A stretch of 60,754 bases of DNA from sequence record NC_029028.1. The stretch is one strand, 5' to 3'. Under the pieces are notes generated by a model. The model was not told the DNA's origin, made no database searches, and was given only the letters and a program-made list of their open reading frames with translations. Every line of letters starts with the position of its first letter. Position 1 is the stretch's first letter. Source of the stretch: Enterobacteria phage JenP1. Below, in pieces: positions 56,351 through 60,754 of the stretch. The translations under genes and the position numbers were made by a program.

Positions 56351-56713
56351 ATGAACGAGAATATAGTTAAAGCCTGGTCTATGTTAAGACCACAGCTAAA
56401 AGACGATCGCGTCGCTTTTACTTTGTGTCCGACTAACGAGTATCGCCGACAGCTTGAAGAAGTGTTGCGCGAAGATCCTGAGTTTGTTCGCTGTGTGCAA
56501 CTGTCGCGTGAGTCATCCGTAGTACAGTTCGATCGCTTCCACCTTCGTTTGGTTTCTCATCACAGAGCCTCGTATGAAGACACTGTTATTCGTACGAGCG
56601 GCTTCCATTGTGACATTGCAATTCTTGATTGCAAATTGGACATTGAGCAGAAACAAGATTTATATAATCTCGCTCATGAACGTCACGGTGAACTGTTAAT
56701 TGTGGAAGTGTAA
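56351..56713 (+). CDS. hypothetical protein, first gene of rightward array
   Basis: 120 aa; RBS AAGGGGG before ATG. Confidence 0.45.
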   Translation: MNENIVKAWSMLRPQLKDDRVAFTLCPTNEYRRQLEEVLREDPEFVRCVQLSRESSVVQFDRFHLRLVSHHRASYEDTVIRTSGFHCDIAILDCKLDIEQKQDLYNLAHERHGELLIVEV

Positions 56714-56715
56714 TA

Positions 56716-57054
56716 ATGGCCAAAGATATCGTTATTCCGAAAATGTATTGTCAGCTCCGTGATGCTTTGTTACAGAGCGGTTGGATTATTAGTCACAGCG
56801 ATGTAAATGACACTTATATTGTTCTTATACCACCTGAAGGGACGATATCCTGCATTCTGCACTATATGCCCGAAGCGAAGACGGTTTACCCGAACGGTTC
56901 ATTCTTGCTACGCTTGCGCTCCGATACATGGAAGATCCAGACGGATACCTGTGCAATTGACGAGAATACCAGTAAAGAGTTTATTCGTAAGCTGAAGCAG
57001 ATGAATAAAATTTACGAGCATGTTAAATTTGACTTATTTAAGGAAGTTTTCTAA
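56716..57054 (+). CDS. hypothetical protein
   Basis: 112 aa ORF. Confidence 0.4.
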   Translation: MAKDIVIPKMYCQLRDALLQSGWIISHSDVNDTYIVLIPPEGTISCILHYMPEAKTVYPNGSFLLRLRSDTWKIQTDTCAIDENTSKEFIRKLKQMNKIYEHVKFDLFKEVF

Positions 57055-57494
57055 TGATTACCATGAAAGACCGTATCACCCATAAAACTCAGCAAAGCAT
57101 GATGGCTTGCATTCCTACCTGCCTTGCTATGCTTCTTGACAAAGACCCTAAGCAGGTGGATGACGAGTTCACAACGGATTATATTCGTGGTTTTACTGAC
57201 GTGTCGAACTATCTGTATAAGCACGGTGTCTTTGCGCAACCACATATCACCGCTGGTATGCACCAGATTCGACCTGGGCGCTTGTATCTTGCCACTGTAC
57301 CCTCTTTGCAGTTACCTGGGCTTTTCCATCAGATCATTATCGACGCTCGTTTTGATGGTGTAACCGTATACGATCCAGCGAAAGGTCTGGAAGGGAAACA
57401 ATACTATTCCTATGACCACATTGCAGAGGATAATGAGTTGGCATATCCTCTGCGGTCTTTCCTGATTGATTACGAAATTATATTACCGGAGTGA
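57054..57494 (+). CDS. papain-fold cysteine peptidase domain protein (C39-like)
   Basis: 146 aa; Q...MACIPTCLAML (Gln/Cys region) and downstream H/D-P arrangement HQIIIDARFDGVTVYDP resemble C39 peptidase domain. Confidence 0.45.
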   Translation: MITMKDRITHKTQQSMMACIPTCLAMLLDKDPKQVDDEFTTDYIRGFTDVSNYLYKHGVFAQPHITAGMHQIRPGRLYLATVPSLQLPGLFHQIIIDARFDGVTVYDPAKGLEGKQYYSYDHIAEDNELAYPLRSFLIDYEIILPE

Positions 57495-57497
57495 TTT

Positions 57498-57860
57498 ATG
57501 AGCTTGCAACGTTTTGACAATGCAGAACTCGCGTGTGAATTTGCAAAGCGCAAGTTCGCTAAAACAGGTACGCCGCGATGCGTGCACGCGGCTGTAGCGC
57601 AAAATGGGGCGAAATACTGGTACGTCGGTACGGTAGCTCAGATCAAGCGAAGATTCGCGACTACGCCCGAAATGCGCCGGCTTGTATCTGCCGCACTTGT
57701 ACGAAACAGACACTTGGATAAAGAGGAAATTTATCGGTTTCTTAGAAATTATACTGGTAAAGGGAATAGATTCCAGGTCGCGGCGAACGAATTTAATATT
57801 GGTCTTTCAACTGCTTATAAAATTTATTATGAATATCGGAAGACGAGCTTCAACAAATAA
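57498..57860 (+). CDS. putative DNA-binding protein with C-terminal helix-turn-helix
   Basis: 120 aa; C-terminal FQVAANEFNIGLSTAYKIYYEYRK HTH-like. Confidence 0.4.
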   Translation: MSLQRFDNAELACEFAKRKFAKTGTPRCVHAAVAQNGAKYWYVGTVAQIKRRFATTPEMRRLVSAALVRNRHLDKEEIYRFLRNYTGKGNRFQVAANEFNIGLSTAYKIYYEYRKTSFNK

Positions 57861-58122
57861 AACATGTTTATTTGTATGTAACCACGGTGATGAAATCGTC
57901 GGCATTGAAGCTCATCGCTGTGGTTGGAATGTCATTAAACGTCTTGCGAATAAGAAGTTTAAGTTTCGTCGTAAAGGGCAAGAAGTAACAATCTCCGTGT
58001 TTCACATAGAGAAACCGGAGGTTGCCAAGCGGGCGATTGATACATGCGTCGCTAAGTATAACATCAAAGACCGTAAGATTTATCACAATGATATTATCGG
58101 TCTTATTCTTGGAGATAAATAA
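57829..58122 (+). CDS. hypothetical protein
   Basis: first in-frame ATG 57829 (ORF track 57682 overlaps upstream gene); ~97 aa. Confidence 0.3.
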   Translation: MNIGRRASTNKTCLFVCNHGDEIVGIEAHRCGWNVIKRLANKKFKFRRKGQEVTISVFHIEKPEVAKRAIDTCVAKYNIKDRKIYHNDIIGLILGDK

Positions 58123-58616
58123 TGACTGCAATTGCTTATCGCAATGGGATACTAGCTGTAGATCGTCAGGTTACATGGGGTAATGTTGCAACAACTACAA
58201 ATAAAGTTCATACTGTCAATATTCCAGGGATTGGACTGTGCCTTGTTGCAATGTCTGGTAAACTACGTCCTGTAGATGATATTGTAGAACATCTGAAAAC
58301 TACGGTTCGTGGTCGTAAAGAACCTTTCTCGGATTTAAATCCAGATTCCCGTTATGGTATTGCAGTGACGCAGGAACTTGTCGTGTATCCTATCTACGGG
58401 GATGGTAAATTAGGCCTACCGGACACCAACGAATTTATTGCCGAAGGTAGTGCGTTTGAGTTCTTGATGGGCACAATGGCGGCAGGTTGCACCGCCGAAG
58501 AAGCTGTACAATTGGCCTGCCAGTATTGTGATAGCTGTGGTCAGGGTGTCAACTTCTATGACGTAGCTTATACTCTTAAAATGGCTCAGTGTACAACCGA
58601 GGAGGAACCATTTTGA
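58122..58616 (+). CDS. HslV/proteasome beta-subunit-like Ntn-hydrolase (threonine peptidase fold)
   Basis: N-terminus MTAIAYRNGILAVDRQVTWGN parallels HslV [24 protein letters not shown]; Thr directly after Met; internal Lys and GSA motif in register. Confidence 0.55.
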   Translation: MTAIAYRNGILAVDRQVTWGNVATTTNKVHTVNIPGIGLCLVAMSGKLRPVDDIVEHLKTTVRGRKEPFSDLNPDSRYGIAVTQELVVYPIYGDGKLGLPDTNEFIAEGSAFEFLMGTMAAGCTAEEAVQLACQYCDSCGQGVNFYDVAYTLKMAQCTTEEEPF

Positions 58617-58804
58617 AGAAACCTAAGACTGGTCTGTTCCTTTGTATTGGTGGACCTTTTGACGGTAAGCGTATACGCTTAACAACATCAGATCTATATC
58701 CAAGTTCCTCCGTTTTCTCTGTTCCATCCTATAAAAATGGTGAGAAGGGGAAATACGTTTGGAATGATGAAATTCGAAATAGTGTAATCTGGAGAACATC
58801 ATGA
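58613..58804 (+). CDS. hypothetical small protein (TTG start?)
   Basis: ORF overlapping end of HslV-like gene. Confidence 0.3.
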   Translation: MKKPKTGLFLCIGGPFDGKRIRLTTSDLYPSSSVFSVPSYKNGEKGKYVWNDEIRNSVIWRTS

Positions 58805-59025
58805 GCGATCCTTCTAACGCACAATTAGCGGCTGCAAGAGTGTATATGCGCGGAGCTGCCGCTGAGATTGAGGTCTTGCCACAATTCGAGAAGCACGTAC
58901 AGCAACTCGAAGATAAATTCAAGGCCCTTAAAGACTTATGGGATAAGAAAGATGCTATAGCCTTTCTTCTTGCGATTCAATACTTGTCTATGGGAATTGG
59001 TGAGAAGGTATGTTCCTTAGAATAA
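58801..59025 (+). CDS. hypothetical small protein
   Basis: 74 aa ORF. Confidence 0.35.
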   Translation: MSDPSNAQLAAARVYMRGAAAEIEVLPQFEKHVQQLEDKFKALKDLWDKKDAIAFLLAIQYLSMGIGEKVCSLE

Positions 59026-59507
59026 TTAGTAAGGTTGCGCCTTGGATACTACTTGTCCTAATTGTTATTCTAGCCAACTGGGCTTATGACAATGCCATAG
59101 AAACAGCTAGAAAGGAGGGTTTCGATGCCGGTGTGTCGTACCAAAAAGAAACTCAGAAAGCGGTTGATTTCGAGGAGGAGAAACGAAGAGCATATGAGAA
59201 AGACGCTATCGAACGTCAGTACCAATCTCGCATTGAGTCTTTGGTTGCCGATCTTAATGATTATCGCGCTACTAATGACAGGTTGCACAACGAAATCGCA
59301 ACCATCCGTAAGTACCTCGGTGACGCTACCGGCCCTCAGCCCGACAGCAAGACAACCGCCCAGATCGCCCGTGTGCTCACCGAGCTGTATTCAGAAAGCG
59401 TCACAGAATACAGACAAGTGGCAGAAGAGGCTGAAAAGTATCGTCTTGCCGGCGAGCAGTGCGAACTACAGTATGATGCAATGCGAAATCCGCATAAAGA
59501 AAAGTGA
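59010..59507 (+). CDS. i-spanin (Rz-like) lysis protein
   Basis: N-terminal TM helix APWILLVLIVILANWA followed by charged coiled-coil periplasmic domain; o-spanin ORF overlaps in +1 frame. Confidence 0.65.
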   Translation: MFLRIISKVAPWILLVLIVILANWAYDNAIETARKEGFDAGVSYQKETQKAVDFEEEKRRAYEKDAIERQYQSRIESLVADLNDYRATNDRLHNEIATIRKYLGDATGPQPDSKTTAQIARVLTELYSESVTEYRQVAEEAEKYRLAGEQCELQYDAMRNPHKEK

Positions 59508-59538
59508 TAAAATACAAAGTCCTTGCCGGATTGCGTAA
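59194..59538 (+). CDS. o-spanin (Rz1-like) outer-membrane lipoprotein, overlapping i-spanin
   Basis: signal peptide ending in lipobox LLMTGC, Pro-rich mature region; start 59194 or 59257. Confidence 0.6.
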   Translation: MRKTLSNVSTNLALSLWLPILMIIALLMTGCTTKSQPSVSTSVTLPALSPTARQPPRSPVCSPSCIQKASQNTDKWQKRLKSIVLPASSANYSMMQCEIRIKKSDKIQSPCRIA

Positions 59539-59629
59539 CTAAACGTTCGATCTTAATTGCACATAATTGATTGTGTGCGTGTGATAATTCAACTATGCTC
59601 TATTCGGTTTAACTGAATGGAGCTTTTTT

Positions 59630-60064
59630 ATGACTGTGCAACCACGAGGCATCCGGAATAACAATCCTGGAAATATTCGTTGGGGGGATAATTGGAAAGG
59701 TCTTGTTCCAGAAGACAAACGAACTGACCGTTCTTTCTGTCAATTTATCGATGTAAAATACGGTATTCGCGCCATTGCGCGTATTCTACTAAACTACCGC
59801 AATCGCGAAGGGATGAAGCGCGTCGGTAATAAGGGAATTGACACTGTACGGGAAATTATTTCGCGCTGGGCTCCGCCGAATGAAAATAACACTGAAGCCT
59901 ATATTCAATCCGTGTCTAAGGCTTGTGGTGTTGGTGCAGAACAGCCGATTTCATTGACCGATGATAAGCTCATGTTGAAGATTGTGAAAGCGATTATCAA
60001 ACATGAGAACGGTGTACAACCTTATTCTGATGAAGTCTTGCTCGCGGGTATCCACATGGCATAG
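59630..60064 (+). CDS. hypothetical protein, candidate endolysin by position in lysis cassette
   Basis: 144 aa with conserved-looking RGIRNNNPGNIRWG N-terminal motif; between spanin and holin genes. Confidence 0.3.
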   Translation: MTVQPRGIRNNNPGNIRWGDNWKGLVPEDKRTDRSFCQFIDVKYGIRAIARILLNYRNREGMKRVGNKGIDTVREIISRWAPPNENNTEAYIQSVSKACGVGAEQPISLTDDKLMLKIVKAIIKHENGVQPYSDEVLLAGIHMA

Positions 60065-60077
60065 TAAGGGGTTACAA

Positions 60078-60386
60078 GTGTCGCCGAACTGGGATTGGAA
60101 TATAGTCTTTATTCTCACTGCCATCGCGATGGTAGGGGGTTCCCTTGGCTACGCTGCAAGAACCCATGATGCTAAAGAAAGGTTCAGACTCAGCGCCTTC
60201 ATTCAAGAGGGTGCTTTTTCTGCATTCTTTGGTTTCTTGATAGGTGTAATTAACGTGGAACATGGTGTCCCACTGGGACTCAGTGGGGCGTTCATAGGCG
60301 TGTTATCTTGGTCAGGTTCAAGAACCATGCTAAAGTTTCTACGGAGAAAAACGCAAGCATGTGACCGAGAAAAGGAAAGAGGTTAA
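60078..60386 (+). CDS. holin (putative, three TM segments)
   Basis: GTG 60078 preceded by AAGGGG; TM segments and charged C-terminus KFLRRKTQACDREKERG; start uncertain (ORF track 60003). Confidence 0.5.
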   Translation: MSPNWDWNIVFILTAIAMVGGSLGYAARTHDAKERFRLSAFIQEGAFSAFFGFLIGVINVEHGVPLGLSGAFIGVLSWSGSRTMLKFLRRKTQACDREKERG

Positions 60387-60388
60387 TT

Positions 60389-60625
60389 ATGCGTCACTTC
60401 ATCAATGATCTTCTTATATTGTGTAAGAAACCGCGATTGCTTTTCATCTATATGATGATTGGACTTGCACAAATTGGAGTCAGTGCTATCGCCATTGATC
60501 AGATGCACAAGAGACACAGGGTAAATATCCGACCTTCGACGCCACCTGTTTATGTGGTCAACAAGGTCGAACAAATCAGACAAGACATCCGGGAGATAAC
60601 GTACATTCCTAAAGCTGAAATGTAG
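60389..60625 (+). CDS. small membrane protein (possible antiholin/lysis regulator)
   Basis: 78 aa with single TM helix LLFIYMMIGLAQIGVSAIAI. Confidence 0.35.
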   Translation: MRHFINDLLILCKKPRLLFIYMMIGLAQIGVSAIAIDQMHKRHRVNIRPSTPPVYVVNKVEQIRQDIREITYIPKAEM

Positions 60626-60639
60626 ATTGGTTTATAAGT

Positions 60640-60680
60640 AAAGCCCGCTCCTTGAATTTATATCGAGCGGGCTTTTTATT
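60640..60680 (+). terminator. intrinsic terminator after lysis cassette
   Basis: 11-bp stem AAAGCCCGCTC / GAGCGGGCTTT followed by TTTTATT. Confidence 0.65.
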
Positions 60681-60697
60681 GACATTTACTATAACCC

Positions 60698-60726
60698 TTG
60701 CAATTACTTAATCCACCGCTTATATT
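60698..60726 (+). promoter_or_regulatory. sigma70-like promoter (TTGCAA-17-TATATT) followed by AGGAG RBS at window end
   Basis: -35 at 60698-60703, -10 at 60721-60726, AGGAG at 60743-60747 placed 7 nt before the ATG at position 1 if the ends are joined. Confidence 0.4.
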
Positions 60727-60754
60727 CGTGTCAAGAATCGACAGGAGTAATGTT

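Noticed and set aside
1-60754. Lysogeny module (integrase, repressor, attP)
   Set aside because: No tyrosine/serine recombinase motifs or CI-like repressor recognised in any ORF; the Sak4-like ATPase is a recombination protein, not an integrase

Overview
The window looks like a complete or near-complete ~60.8 kb genome of a virulent tailed phage with a long non-contractile tail (siphovirus-type), read from sequence alone. Plus strand 1-25414 carries the morphogenesis module: small and large terminase, portal, scaffold, major capsid, head-tail joining proteins, major tail protein, tail assembly chaperone with a -1 frameshift site, tape measure, lambda J-like tip protein and two tail fibers, then a small accessory operon. 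Minus strand 25485-55522 carries replication and nucleotide metabolism: family-B DNA polymerase, SF2 helicase, primase-polymerase, Sak4-like ATPase with an SSB-like protein, RecB-family nuclease, DNA ligase, RNase H, dUTPase, two HNH endonucleases and many small early ORFs. Embedded there is a 7-deazaguanine DNA-modification cluster (dpdA, folE, queD, a glutamine amidotransferase-QueC fusion, queE), the most notable system here. Plus strand 56351-60625 carries small ORFs, a C39-like cysteine peptidase, an orphan HslV-like peptidase and a lysis cassette. The window end carries a terminator, promoter and ribosome-binding site correctly spaced for the ATG at position 1, suggesting the sequence is circularly contiguous. 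No integrase, repressor, tRNA or CRISPR array was found. Several host-like motifs (E. coli SSB C-terminal tip, lambda Stf and J similarity) point to an enterobacterial host. All calls are from motif recognition and gene context without database searches.
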